Below are positions 22,136 through 31,252 of a stretch of 64,000 nucleotides of DNA, in pieces. Source of the DNA: a virus. A model generated the notes under the pieces. That model was given only the letters and a program-made list of their open reading frames with translations, made no database searches and was not told where the DNA came from. The translations under genes were made by a program, and so were the position numbers. The stretch is taken from the IMG/VR virus record IMGVR_UViG_3300044739_000018, positions 99,482 through 163,481 of that record; one strand, given 5' to 3'. Position 1 is the first letter of the stretch; every line of letters begins with the position of its first letter.

Positions 22136-22286
22136 GCTGATCGCCTTCGTCCGGCGCAGGATGGTCAACCTGGACGAGTTGGCCCAGTTCCTCCACAACC
22201 ACTTCCCCGAGGAGTGCCCGTGCTGGCTCTGCTCTGAGCACAGGCACCAGATCAGGGAGATCAAGCACAAGTACAGGCTGGCGTAG
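22101..22286 (+). CDS. H-x3-PE-x-CPC-x2-C family microprotein 3
   Basis: LHNHFPEECPCWLCSEHRHQIREI; TAG inside tRNA-Leu. Confidence 0.6.
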   Translation: MTSRSSDLTTDELIAFVRRRMVNLDELAQFLHNHFPEECPCWLCSEHRHQIREIKHKYRLA

Positions 22287-22353
22287 CCCAATTGGTAGAG
22301 GCCGCGGAGTCAAATCCCGTGGGTTGTCGGTTCGAATCCGTCCGCCAGTACCA
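22277..22353 (+). tRNA. tRNA-Leu(CAA), short variable loop
   Basis: GCGGA-GTCAAAT-CCCGT, CCA encoded. Confidence 0.82.
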
Positions 22354-22483
22354 AATCCGATGCCTATGTCGCCTTCTGTCTGAATCTTTCAGACACTCCA
22401 CGTGCCCGCGTGGGTTGTCTTCTCGCCCCCCGGGGCATACTCTAGGAGTACCTGCCTTCCTCCATGGCTGGTTGGTGCGTTAT

Positions 22484-22517
22484 GAAGCCCCGCGGCAGAT
22501 CCCGCGGGGCTTCTTTG
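22484..22517. terminator. Intrinsic terminator at the convergent junction ending the RNA island
   Basis: GAAGCCCCGCGG-loop-CCGCGGGGCTTC-TTT. Confidence 0.8.
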
Positions 22518-22689
22518 CGTCTAGGCCCCGACGCTGGCGAGGATCCGACTCGGCCAGAACTCCTCCAGGCCAAGCTGCCTCACAAGTTCGAGACGGTCTT
22601 CTGGTCGTGCCGCCATCGCGATGAACTTGATGAAGGCAATGTCCAGGTAGCGGAGCGGAACGTCGTGCAAGTTGGCGACGAGCCACGGA

Positions 22690-22944
22690 TCAGGAATCAC
22701 GGAGCCTCTTGACCTCTGCGATCAGGGCCAGAATGACCGACTGTGGCGACCAGCCGCCGAGGTGGCGCTTGCAGTCCACGGCGTCGATGAAGTGCTCGTC
22801 CTCGACGCACGTACACGGCTGGGTCGTGTCATCGGGCTGGTCGAGCACGTCGTACAGGTGTGTTCGACCGTCGTCACTCGTGCCGCAGGCGGACTCCAAG
22901 ATTGCCAGCGTCATGTCGTCAGTGGGGAACATCAGCCGTTCCAA
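22690..22944 (-). CDS. Hypothetical protein
   Basis: Coupled minus-strand operon. Confidence 0.55.
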   Translation of the reverse strand: MERLMFPTDDMTLAILESACGTSDDGRTHLYDVLDQPDDTTQPCTCVEDEHFIDAVDCKRHLGGWSPQSVILALIAEVKRLRDS

Positions 22945-23174
22945 GTCTTCGGGTCCTCCACGATGTAGGTCCAGACGTTTTTCACGTCCGAGGACATCTT
23001 CTTGATCCTGTCCTGCTGGACCATCTTCGCCAAGATGCGGTTCACGGCGAAGTACGTGATCCCCAATTCGGTTGCCAACGTCCGTTGAACGATTCGAATT
23101 CTGTGCAGTCGGTCGGACTTTCGGAACAAGTACGCGTGGAGGGCGTCAATGTCAATCGCTTGCCCGCGCGGCAT
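22932..23174 (-). CDS. Small winged-HTH DNA-binding protein
   Basis: IVQRTLATELGITYFAVNRILAKM. Confidence 0.65.
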   Translation of the reverse strand: MPRGQAIDIDALHAYLFRKSDRLHRIRIVQRTLATELGITYFAVNRILAKMVQQDRIKKMSSDVKNVWTYIVEDPKTWNG

Positions 23175-23892
23175 TCTCCTCCTTCAAGCGTTCACGAAGC
23201 TTGTGGTAGCGCAGTTCAAGCTCCTCGTTGTAGCGCCGGAGTTGGCGCTCCTCCTTGACGGTGATGAACTGCCCCCCGGATACGCACCCCTTGCAGCCAC
23301 GGAAACGTCCGTTGCCACTCTCCTCCCACGCCGTTGTCATCTCTGACTTTCGGAACCACATGTCGCATAGTGGGCAATGCTCCCACGATGGCTGCTTTGC
23401 GCAGTCCTCGCACAGCACTGCCGCGATCTTGTGCTTGCCGACGTAGACCCTGTAGTGCCCGCCATGGTGGCGATCCCTCGTCTCCACTCGGCTGCGGCAG
23501 TCGTGGCAGAGCCGAAAGAACTTCTGCTCGGCCCCGTCGAGGTGCTGACGGTTCACCATGTCCCAAATGTCCTGGAACCCGGTGTCCCGGACGATGCACT
23601 CTGGATGGCCGAAGGTCTTCTTCTCGAAGATCACGCCGCCCTTGGGCACCTTGTATGACCTCGGCAGCCGAATGACGAAGATCAGGCGAAGGGACTTGGC
23701 TCGTATCGGCTGGGAGCAAATCTGGCACGTCGATGCCCGCTTGGACGAATCGGCGTAGATGCGGAACAGGGCACTCCGCGGATTGCAGCCATTAGGAAAG
23801 ACGCAGACCAGGCGAGCGCCCTTAGGGTGCGGGTCGCGGGGAGGCTTCGGCTTCTCGTAAGTCTGTGGGCCGAAGTCGTCATCGTCAGCCAT
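23152..23892 (-). CDS. Multi-Cys Zn-finger protein (PARP-type finger-like N-terminus)
   Basis: YADSSKRASTCQICSQPI...HPEC plus further CxxC pairs. Confidence 0.6.
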   Translation of the reverse strand: MADDDDFGPQTYEKPKPPRDPHPKGARLVCVFPNGCNPRSALFRIYADSSKRASTCQICSQPIRAKSLRLIFVIRLPRSYKVPKGGVIFEKKTFGHPECIVRDTGFQDIWDMVNRQHLDGAEQKFFRLCHDCRSRVETRDRHHGGHYRVYVGKHKIAAVLCEDCAKQPSWEHCPLCDMWFRKSEMTTAWEESGNGRFRGCKGCVSGGQFITVKEERQLRRYNEELELRYHKLRERLKEENAARASD

Positions 23893-24187
23893 TCAACCGT
23901 CCCTTCAACCCCGGTGCCGGATGGAAACCAAGAACACGGTGCTCGGGAACAACAACTTCTGCACCAGTGGCTGGGTTCCTGCGAACCATGGCCTTGCGGA
24001 CATGGGTTTCGAAACGCCCAAACCCCCGGATGGTCACATTCTGTCCATCCTCCAGGGCAACTGCAAGCGATTCCAGAAAAGCCCTCATGACGCGAGCCGC
24101 CACCGCAGGGTCGACGCCCTCCTGGGCGCAGACGGCGGTGATCAAGTCGGTTGCGTTCAATCCGCCGTCTCCATGGCTTGCAGGCAC
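23885..24187 (-). CDS. HU/IHF-family DNA-binding protein
   Basis: VTIRGFGRF...RRNPATG...FHPAPGLK. Confidence 0.92.
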   Translation of the reverse strand: MPASHGDGGLNATDLITAVCAQEGVDPAVAARVMRAFLESLAVALEDGQNVTIRGFGRFETHVRKAMVRRNPATGAEVVVPEHRVLGFHPAPGLKGRLNG

Positions 24188-24228
24188 CTATCCGCCACTG
24201 CCTGGTCCTGCCACTTTAGACTCTCGGC

Positions 24229-24552
24229 GTGGACAGTCAAGACCGGTTCTCCCGTGCCCAGTTCGAAGCCGCCCGTATGTTCGTAGCCCGGATGCGAGCG
24301 GAGGCCAACCAGGAGATGTTCGAGTTCGATGACATCGGCATGCTATGGCTACCAGACCTCGACGGTGAAGATCCCATCGTGGCCGATGTGGATGGCAGGC
24401 CCATAAGCGCCGGGGACTTCGTGCGGGCGGCTCTGGTCATGATGTGGAGCATGCTGCTGGAGACAGCCCAGCTTCAAGACCTCGACCCTGGTGCCCTCGT
24501 GACGCAGCTTGGTTTGAGCCTGGCTCAGTACGAACCGCCAGAAGGTACTTGA
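24229..24552 (+). CDS. Hypothetical protein
   Basis: ORF divergent from HU. Confidence 0.55.
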   Translation: MDSQDRFSRAQFEAARMFVARMRAEANQEMFEFDDIGMLWLPDLDGEDPIVADVDGRPISAGDFVRAALVMMWSMLLETAQLQDLDPGALVTQLGLSLAQYEPPEGT

Positions 24553-25096
24553 CAGGAATGCCACGCGTGTGATTCACTTCCGCACGCGACGCGACAGGCC
24601 AGGGGCCGGTCCCAAGTACGAAGGTCGGAAAAGCGGGATTAGCGCCGGTGAGCAGTAGCCGGTTGGGGCAAAGCCCCTCCAGAGAGTCCGGGTGATGCCG
24701 GACCAAGGCGCTCGCAGAATGTTGGCCTCGGATAAGTCAAGGTCTAGATGGAGTCAACTCCCATCTAGCTCCGAGTCGCGCATTACGGCATCCCTTAACA
24801 CGGGGGGCGGCCGGGGTCTTCGACACCCTGCCCCCCGGACCCCCCGCTCGCTGCCGCTCGCAAAAAGACCAACTTCGTTCTGCTGCAAGAAGCAAGTTGC
24901 TTTCCACCTCGGACAGACTCCGGCTCGTCTACCTATATGTCGATTGAGCGGGCCTGAACGAAAGCAAATTTTCGGAAAAGCCTGTGACCAGGGACGATGC
25001 GAGTCCGTAGTGCAAGTTTTACGCACTTAAGCAGGTCGGCTAAGTGCCGGTTGTGAGGCCGTCGAACTCAACGTGCGTTCAGCCGATACAGATGGC

Positions 25097-25444
25097 ATGA
25101 CTGACGCACTACGCCGGGCAATCCGGACATTCATCCAGGCGTTCCTGGGTTCGATCATCTCCTCAGGCGTGCTCTCTGCCGTTGCCACAACTGGTGCGGT
25201 GGACTTGTCGAACTTGCAGAAGGTTGGTGCCGCGGGTCTTGCCGCTGGCCTGATCGCTCTTGTTTCGTTCGCACAGAACGCTCTGGAAGATGGCGGCCAG
25301 ATCCCTGCATTGCTGAAGGCTCCTGCCTCTGACGGGGCGGATCCCGTACCGGATCCCGAGCCTGAGCCTCCCGCACCTGTGAAGCGGGCAGCCCGCAAGA
25401 AGGCTGCTGCTCCCCGGAAGGCCGCACCCCGGAAGAAGGCATAA
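25097..25444 (+). CDS. Holin (r1t-like) with Pro/Lys/Ala-rich tail
   Basis: RAIRTFIQAF N-terminal motif, two TM segments. Confidence 0.75.
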   Translation: MTDALRRAIRTFIQAFLGSIISSGVLSAVATTGAVDLSNLQKVGAAGLAAGLIALVSFAQNALEDGGQIPALLKAPASDGADPVPDPEPEPPAPVKRAARKKAAAPRKAAPRKKA

Positions 25445-25524
25445 CCGTGGGAGTGCTAGTGGGCATCTTCCTTGCCGTCTTCCTGATCTGGCTCGTCTGG
25501 GTCATCTTCGGCGGAGCCTGATCC

Positions 25525-26016
25525 ATGGCGTACCCCCGGTTTCAGCAGGCCCGCGCCTTCAAGGCCATTAAGCGCACGGCGGGAGATGTCACTTTCACCC
25601 AGTCCACGACATGGGTGAAGGCGAACGCGTTGTTCGAACTTCCCTTGGCTGCGCAGGTGGGCGACTATCTGGAGGCCAGCCTCAACTGCATGAGCGGCAA
25701 CGAGGCCCAGAACCTGTTCCCGGACGTGTTGACGCTCAGTGGAGCTGCCGGAACCGCTGTGACCTTCTTTGGCAGCGGGGGCACCACGGCCAACGAGGGC
25801 ATCGAAGGTTGGGTGGCAGAGACGGGCGTCTACAAGCGGTATGGGGCCAACGTGATCGTCGGCCCGCTGACTGCCACCGAGATAGTCAGCGGTATTTGCT
25901 ACGTGACGCTGGGGTACCGCACGAACAGTTCAGGTGGATCCAAGACGTTGTTCGCCAACGCCAACAACCCGCTGTTCTGGTCCGTCAAGAACCTTGGTCC
26001 GGCAGATCCGAACTAA
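25525..26016 (+). CDS. Putative virion beta-sandwich protein
   Basis: Gly/Thr-rich beta-strand composition. Confidence 0.5.
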   Translation: MAYPRFQQARAFKAIKRTAGDVTFTQSTTWVKANALFELPLAAQVGDYLEASLNCMSGNEAQNLFPDVLTLSGAAGTAVTFFGSGGTTANEGIEGWVAETGVYKRYGANVIVGPLTATEIVSGICYVTLGYRTNSSGGSKTLFANANNPLFWSVKNLGPADPN

Positions 26017-26449
26017 GCGCCTGTAGCTGCTCCAGTAGGGCCAGCAGTCGCTCGGTAGTCGCAGCGATCTCCTTGGGGTCAACAGGCCGTCCGTTTGTGG
26101 GTACGTTGCCCCCCCAACCCTCAATCGTGTCGAGCGGGCGTACCCGTTCCGCAGGGCACTGGATCTTCGACGGGTCCTTGTGGCCGGTGAAGTTGATTCC
26201 CCAGATGTGGCGGAGGTACTGCCACTCCGGATGGTGGTCGCAGTACTCACACTCGTTCGGAGCGTGGAGGACTCCGGAGTCGCAGTGTGGGAACTGGACC
26301 TTCCCCGCACGTAGTTCGGTCTGCAAATCCACGTCAACGAAGCTCTCGACCAGATCGGGGTCGAAGTTCATGCCTTCGGCCCAGTGGGTGGGAGCGGTGG
26401 CGTCGTGGACCTTGCGCTTGAGTCTGGTCACCTTGCCCTGGAAGCTCAT
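25985..26449 (-). CDS. Hypothetical protein
   Basis: FPHCDSGVLHAPNECEYCD. Confidence 0.6.
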   Translation of the reverse strand: MSFQGKVTRLKRKVHDATAPTHWAEGMNFDPDLVESFVDVDLQTELRAGKVQFPHCDSGVLHAPNECEYCDHHPEWQYLRHIWGINFTGHKDPSKIQCPAERVRPLDTIEGWGGNVPTNGRPVDPKEIAATTERLLALLEQLQALSSDLPDQGS

Positions 26450-26552
26450 GAGAACATCCTGTATAGCTCGCCACCGATGGCGCGTCCAACGCCCATGGCG
26501 AAGCCAAAGAGTATGGCGACGAAGACCCAGTAGGTGACAGCGGCAACAGTCT

Positions 26553-26816
26553 TCATACGACCTCCTCGTAGGTTGCTTCGAAGATGGACTGCTTCACGGG
26601 CCAGCAGTCACCAGCGTCACCCACGCAAAGGTAGTCGCCGGGGTTGGCGACCATCGTGCCCTCCAGCGTGTGAACGATGAACGGCTCCGGGACTTGCAGC
26701 GCCCGAGTTGTGGCCGTCTTCTTGTAGGTCTTCCACGGCTCTGCGCTGGCGGCCACGAGCAACTTCTCGTCACCGTGGCTGAAGATCAGGCGACCGTGCT
26801 CGTCGCGCTCAGTCAT
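26553..26816 (-). CDS. PGDYG-like phage protein
   Basis: TLEGTMVANPGDYL..G..WPVK.SIFEATYE. Confidence 0.75.
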   Translation of the reverse strand: MTERDEHGRLIFSHGDEKLLVAASAEPWKTYKKTATTRALQVPEPFIVHTLEGTMVANPGDYLCVGDAGDCWPVKQSIFEATYEEVV

Positions 26817-27061
26817 CGTCCACCTTCCTTGCTGCGAAGAACGTGAGATCGGCGTCGTGCCAAACCTTGGTCAACCAGCCAACGCCACCATCGAGATATT
26901 CAGCGGCGAGGGCCTGAGTGATTAGGCGGTCGACTTCTAGCTCAGACAGGCAGACTCGGAATTCGCCGTCCTCGACGCTCATGGCCCCATCTCCGCAATC
27001 AGGACGTACACCGTGCAGAGAACCCAGGCGCACAGTGTGATGATGATGGCTGTCCGTTCGC

Positions 27062-27691
27062 TCACTTGACCTCCCCAATTGTGATACCCCGCGGCGTGGG
27101 GAACCTAAGTATGTTCAGATCCCCAGATAGTTCAGCAACGATTTCGTCATGCAGGTCGCGACCACTGGGGATCCGGTGCGAACCATGTTCCGGAGCAGAG
27201 TCATGGAAGGCCACGATGGTGCCCGCTCGCATGTACGGCCGATACCGCTGGAACTCCGGCACTCGAAGCTCGTACAAGCTGTCGAAGAACGCGAAGTCGA
27301 TGGGAGTCTGTGTGGGCCACCATTCCATGGAACTCGTGTGGTGGACCCGCACCGGCAGCGTGACGGAAACCGAAGGACACATGCGCTCCTCCGTCTCTCG
27401 GCAGCGTTCGATGTCGGCATCCATGGTGTCGAGGAACCCATGCCCGTTCCGCAGCAGTGCCGCACCGATGGCTACGGTCGTCTGACCGAAGGCGCACCCG
27501 GTCTCGACGCAGTAGTCAGGCTGAAGCCCACGGACGAGGCCGCCGATCATTGCCGACACCTCAACTTCCGTTGAGTCGCCGTCCGTGCTGGTCCAGTACT
27601 CCGGATGCGGGCACAGGGGCGTAGCCCACGTGAACCGATCCTCTGGTGCAGGCTCGCCAGGGATGTCGATGCCCGGTACTAGTCGAGCCAT
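27062..27691 (-). CDS. Class I SAM-dependent methyltransferase (Methyltransf_24-like)
   Basis: VETGCAFGQT, IDFAFFDS, IVAFHDS. Confidence 0.85.
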   Translation of the reverse strand: MARLVPGIDIPGEPAPEDRFTWATPLCPHPEYWTSTDGDSTEVEVSAMIGGLVRGLQPDYCVETGCAFGQTTVAIGAALLRNGHGFLDTMDADIERCRETEERMCPSVSVTLPVRVHHTSSMEWWPTQTPIDFAFFDSLYELRVPEFQRYRPYMRAGTIVAFHDSAPEHGSHRIPSGRDLHDEIVAELSGDLNILRFPTPRGITIGEVK

Positions 27692-28734
27692 ACCCTGTAT
27701 TCCGCCGTGATTCCGTTGTCCGGGTGCATGAAGAACAACCACTGGTTCGGGAATCCGACCGCAGCTAGCTGCTCCATGGCATAGGTGTTCGTGCTCTCTG
27801 TGGAGCCGTTCACGTAGACCATCTTGGTGTTGAGCACGAAGCTGGTCGGCTGGTGCCAGTGTCCGCACACGGCGTAGTCGAAGTGCTCGGGGATGGCACC
27901 GACGCCCCAGCCCAGCACCTTCTTGTTGAATCCATACCAGGGCATGCCAGCAAAGCCGCCCCTGATCTGGTCGCCATGGAACAGCAGCGCCGACTTCTTG
28001 CCATAGGTGTCGACCGCATACCAGTTCCGGTCATGCTGTCCATCCGGAATGGTCCAAGTGATACGGGTTTCGGCAGCTAGTAGCTGCTGAACGATGCGAT
28101 ACAACATGCGGTCGGCATTCGTCTCTGGGTCATAGTCCCGCCGCGACCTGCCACCCAGTGCGCCGTGGTTGCCGATAACGGCCGTTACATGGATGGTGTC
28201 GAATCTGGTCAGCATCTTGCGCAGGAAGTTGACCATGATGCGTGGGCCGTCCACGGTGACCTGTCGGTACAAGCTGGCGTCGATGAGGTGCTGCTGACCC
28301 GGGAAGATGAGTTCACCCTCCACGATGTCACCCAGCACCCAGCACCGCAGCTCGTTCACCGGATGGTGCGAACCCTGGATGTCGGCAAGCTCGATCACCT
28401 TGTCGCCGTACTGCTCGATGCGCTTCTCGCACACATCAGAGTCGTAGTCCGGAGTGATCTTGGCTAGCTGCCAGTCGGATAGCACCGCAATCGCAGCTTC
28501 GGGTGTTGTGGCCTGCTTCTTGGTCGGCTTCTTGACCCGAGGAACCTTGGGGATACGCAGGCCCTGATGTGCGTCCTTCACGGCGGCGTAGATGGCTTCG
28601 ACAAGTTCAGCCTTTGATGACTTCGCCTTGTCCAGCGCCCTCAACGTCCGTGCATGAGCAGAGCGGAGTTCGTCGAGCTGCTGTATCGAGTCGATCTGTT
28701 CCTTGATGGCGTCCCGTGCGTTGGGCTTAGCCAT
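27679..28734 (-). CDS. Calcineurin-like metallophosphoesterase/exonuclease
   Basis: LSDWQ, GDIVEG, GNHG, FHGD, GHWH motifs. Confidence 0.9.
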   Translation of the reverse strand: MAKPNARDAIKEQIDSIQQLDELRSAHARTLRALDKAKSSKAELVEAIYAAVKDAHQGLRIPKVPRVKKPTKKQATTPEAAIAVLSDWQLAKITPDYDSDVCEKRIEQYGDKVIELADIQGSHHPVNELRCWVLGDIVEGELIFPGQQHLIDASLYRQVTVDGPRIMVNFLRKMLTRFDTIHVTAVIGNHGALGGRSRRDYDPETNADRMLYRIVQQLLAAETRITWTIPDGQHDRNWYAVDTYGKKSALLFHGDQIRGGFAGMPWYGFNKKVLGWGVGAIPEHFDYAVCGHWHQPTSFVLNTKMVYVNGSTESTNTYAMEQLAAVGFPNQWLFFMHPDNGITAEYRVWLD

Positions 28735-28990
28735 GTGAACCTGCCGGGCACGTGCAAACTCCACGACGATGCCGCTGGATGGCAGGAGACGAGATCTCGA
28801 ATCCCTTGGACCTCAGCACCTTGGAGATGGTCGTTCCGTAGATCACGGGGTCTGACATGGCTTCTGCCAAGGCTCCTCTGTCTGCGGGTGGAAGCTTCTC
28901 CAGGGCTTTCTTCACTGGGCAATGCACGTTGGACGTAAGTTGCGCGTCCTTGGCCGACTTCAACATCGCTGCCAAGCTGTCGCTCGCCAT
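28727..28990 (-). CDS. Hypothetical protein
   Basis: AAGGAG SD; C-terminal RHRRGVCTC. Confidence 0.65.
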   Translation of the reverse strand: MASDSLAAMLKSAKDAQLTSNVHCPVKKALEKLPPADRGALAEAMSDPVIYGTTISKVLRSKGFEISSPAIQRHRRGVCTCPAGSHG

Positions 28991-29109
28991 GCACGTCTCC
29001 TTGTTCGCCTCACTATCCGTCGACGTGCGTGTCGCTCTATTTGAGCTTCTGACGATTGGTTCGGTCGCGTGGTAGGCCGATACCTCTAGTGAGGATGAGG
29101 AGGAGCGCC

Positions 29110-29361
29110 ATGGCGGAGGAAAGCAAGCCCGTAGAGGAGCCGAAGCTGGACGAGGCACTGGTCGAGGATCTGGACCTCACGGAGATCGTCTCGGTCGTAC
29201 AGCGCCCCGGGGAGTTCATCGAGGTGGACGCGGGGGACACGGATCCGGACACGGCAATCGCCATGCTCGTCAAGGGCCTTTTCTCATACGTCATGGACGA
29301 ACTCTGCTACGAGGAAGACCTGGACTTCGAGGACGATCCGGACGAGGAAACTCCCGCCTGA
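29110..29361 (+). CDS. Acidic hypothetical protein
   Basis: GAGGAG SD, very Asp/Glu-rich. Confidence 0.6.
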   Translation: MAEESKPVEEPKLDEALVEDLDLTEIVSVVQRPGEFIEVDAGDTDPDTAIAMLVKGLFSYVMDELCYEEDLDFEDDPDEETPA

Positions 29362-29452
29362 CGCGAAACAGCCCACCTCCGCGGATGGAAAAGGTGGGCT
29401 GCTTCGGTCAACGGTGGGGGGGTTGACCCGGGCACCGTATCAGGCGGGCTGG

Positions 29453-29758
29453 TCAGTCGCCAGTCCGATCCTCCTGCTCCTCGGACTCCTGCGTCTCCGG
29501 CTGAGCCTGCTCGGGCGTCTCGCCCGGGGTCTCCTCCGTGGTGGCCTCGTCGCTGGTAGCTCCCATGGTTGTCTTCGCTCCTCTGCTGATTCGGTTTAGG
29601 TCCATACCCAGCCGGTCGAAGTCGGCCTTCAACTCGTTGATCTCGCGGAACTGCGTGTTCAAGGTTGGTTCGGTTGGCTGGCGGAACAACAGTAGCCCAG
29701 ACAACCCCAGAATGAACAGGATTGAGAAGGTGAGACAGGCGATGGCGAATCGTCTCAC
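29453..29758 (-). CDS. Membrane-anchored protein
   Basis: N-terminal TM, acidic tail. Confidence 0.55.
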   Translation of the reverse strand: MRRFAIACLTFSILFILGLSGLLLFRQPTEPTLNTQFREINELKADFDRLGMDLNRISRGAKTTMGATSDEATTEETPGETPEQAQPETQESEEQEDRTGD

Positions 29759-30495
29759 CGGACGAGGCTCCGCCGCAGGCGTTCAACCGCCATTCCGAGG
29801 TAGACGGCCATGAAGATCATGCCCAGGACGTGCAGGAACCCAGGGCCGCTGTTGACGATGACTGGCGGGCGTTCGTCCAGGATCATGGGAAGTTCAGGAG
29901 ACGCGACCTCGGTGGCCCGCAGTCCGAGCTTGCGGGCGCAGTAGGGCCACTGGCCCCAACCGCTTCGGGCCTGGAGCTTCTGTGCCAGCGCGAGTTGCGT
30001 CCCATACGGATGGTCGATGGGGTTGCCGGTTCCCCCGACAGACCGCCAGGTGCCCACCGTGAACTGGAAGGCACCGAAGTACTTCCCGCCGCCACCGACC
30101 GCGCGGGGATTGCCGCCCGATTCGCAGGCAGCGAGTCGGCCCCAAATGTCACCGGAAACGACTCGTTCGGGTGCAGCCTGGGGGGCAACACGGGGACGGC
30201 TTCGAGCGGCCTGCTTCGCCTGTTCTTGTGCTGCTGCAACTCGCTGGGCGCGGGCCTTGGCTCGTGCGTCTTCTTCGATCTGCTCCCGATAGGCGGCGCC
30301 AGCGGCTTCTCGTTCTGCCTGTTCTGCGACGAAACGAGCTTCGCTAGCTTTCTGCTCGTTGCTCAACCGCAGCAGTTCATCGACGCCTGGACCGGTTACC
30401 ATCCCGACTTCCGTCTTGGGGCTTTCCGGGGCAAACTGGATAATTCCACCTACTACGGCTGCCATTAGGCATGCCGCTACCAAGGCTCGTTTCAT
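29755..30495 (-). CDS. Resuscitation-promoting factor (Rpf)-type transglycosylase with signal/anchor, coiled coil and C-terminal TM
   Basis: WGRLAACESGGN...YFGAFQFTVGTWRSVGG...GWGQWPYC. Confidence 0.9.
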   Translation of the reverse strand: MKRALVAACLMAAVVGGIIQFAPESPKTEVGMVTGPGVDELLRLSNEQKASEARFVAEQAEREAAGAAYREQIEEDARAKARAQRVAAAQEQAKQAARSRPRVAPQAAPERVVSGDIWGRLAACESGGNPRAVGGGGKYFGAFQFTVGTWRSVGGTGNPIDHPYGTQLALAQKLQARSGWGQWPYCARKLGLRATEVASPELPMILDERPPVIVNSGPGFLHVLGMIFMAVYLGMAVERLRRSLVR

Positions 30496-30644
30496 GGGGA
30501 CTCCCTTCTCACCGGCAGCGGGGCGCGCCGGACTAGTCCTGATGGGCCGGGAAGTGAATGACCCTAGTACATCGACAGGGGGATTGACAAGACCGAGGAT
30601 TTGTGATCAAGTGTTTGGCAACCGAACAGTGATGGAGGAAATGG

Positions 30645-31007
30645 ATGACGAACAAGCGCAAGGGTGACGACGAGAAGCGCAAGGCCGAGGCTGAGAAGTT
30701 TCGGGAGAAGGTCGAGGAGCTTGCCGATGGCGCTCGCAAGATCGGCCTCTACTTGGAGGATGCCGGTGTCGTTCCCGGGCCTGATGACGCCTTCGATCAG
30801 CCGACGATGGTGCTCGTCTGCAACTTCAACGTGGGCGACCAGGCTTGGTCCACCCGCGTGCAGGAAGGTGCCGACTTCGAGAAGATGGAGACCAACGTCA
30901 AGCAGTTGGAGCGCGAGATGGACCAGTCCGAGTTCAACGCCCTCCAGGAGCGCCTGGCGCGTGGCGAAATCTTCAAGCCGCTGGATGAGGAGGAGGGCGA
31001 CGAGTGA
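30645..31007 (+). CDS. Hypothetical protein
   Basis: GGAGG SD; TTGACA upstream at 30585. Confidence 0.6.
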   Translation: MTNKRKGDDEKRKAEAEKFREKVEELADGARKIGLYLEDAGVVPGPDDAFDQPTMVLVCNFNVGDQAWSTRVQEGADFEKMETNVKQLEREMDQSEFNALQERLARGEIFKPLDEEEGDE

Positions 31008-31252
31008 GGCAACAGAAGGTCACTACGCGCAGCAAGCTGAACGGAAAGCAGTGCCCGCTCTGCCGACGCGTCCTTCGCATTGATGAGGCGGCGCTCGTCG
31101 TCGGTGAGGCATTCAACGGCTACGTCTATCACCGAGACTGCATCGAGCGCCTGCTCGCAGATACGCCGTATGATGGTAACCCGTCTGCGGCGGTGCAGGT
31201 AGAGGAGCAGTTCGAATCGCTGCGTCAGCAGTTGACAGAGAGGTACTCGTGA
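31004..31252 (+). CDS. Small Zn-finger protein
   Basis: CPLC...HRDC. Confidence 0.6.
   Translation: MRQQKVTTRSKLNGKQCPLCRRVLRIDEAALVVGEAFNGYVYHRDCIERLLADTPYDGNPSAAVQVEEQFESLRQQLTERYS

Noticed and set aside
8900-22350. Many ORF-track entries overlapping tRNAs or ncRNAs (e.g. 12806-13231, 13307-13747, 15031-15438)
   Set aside because: They are translations of RNA genes (GFEP/GSNP-type peptides from T-arms) with no coding signal.
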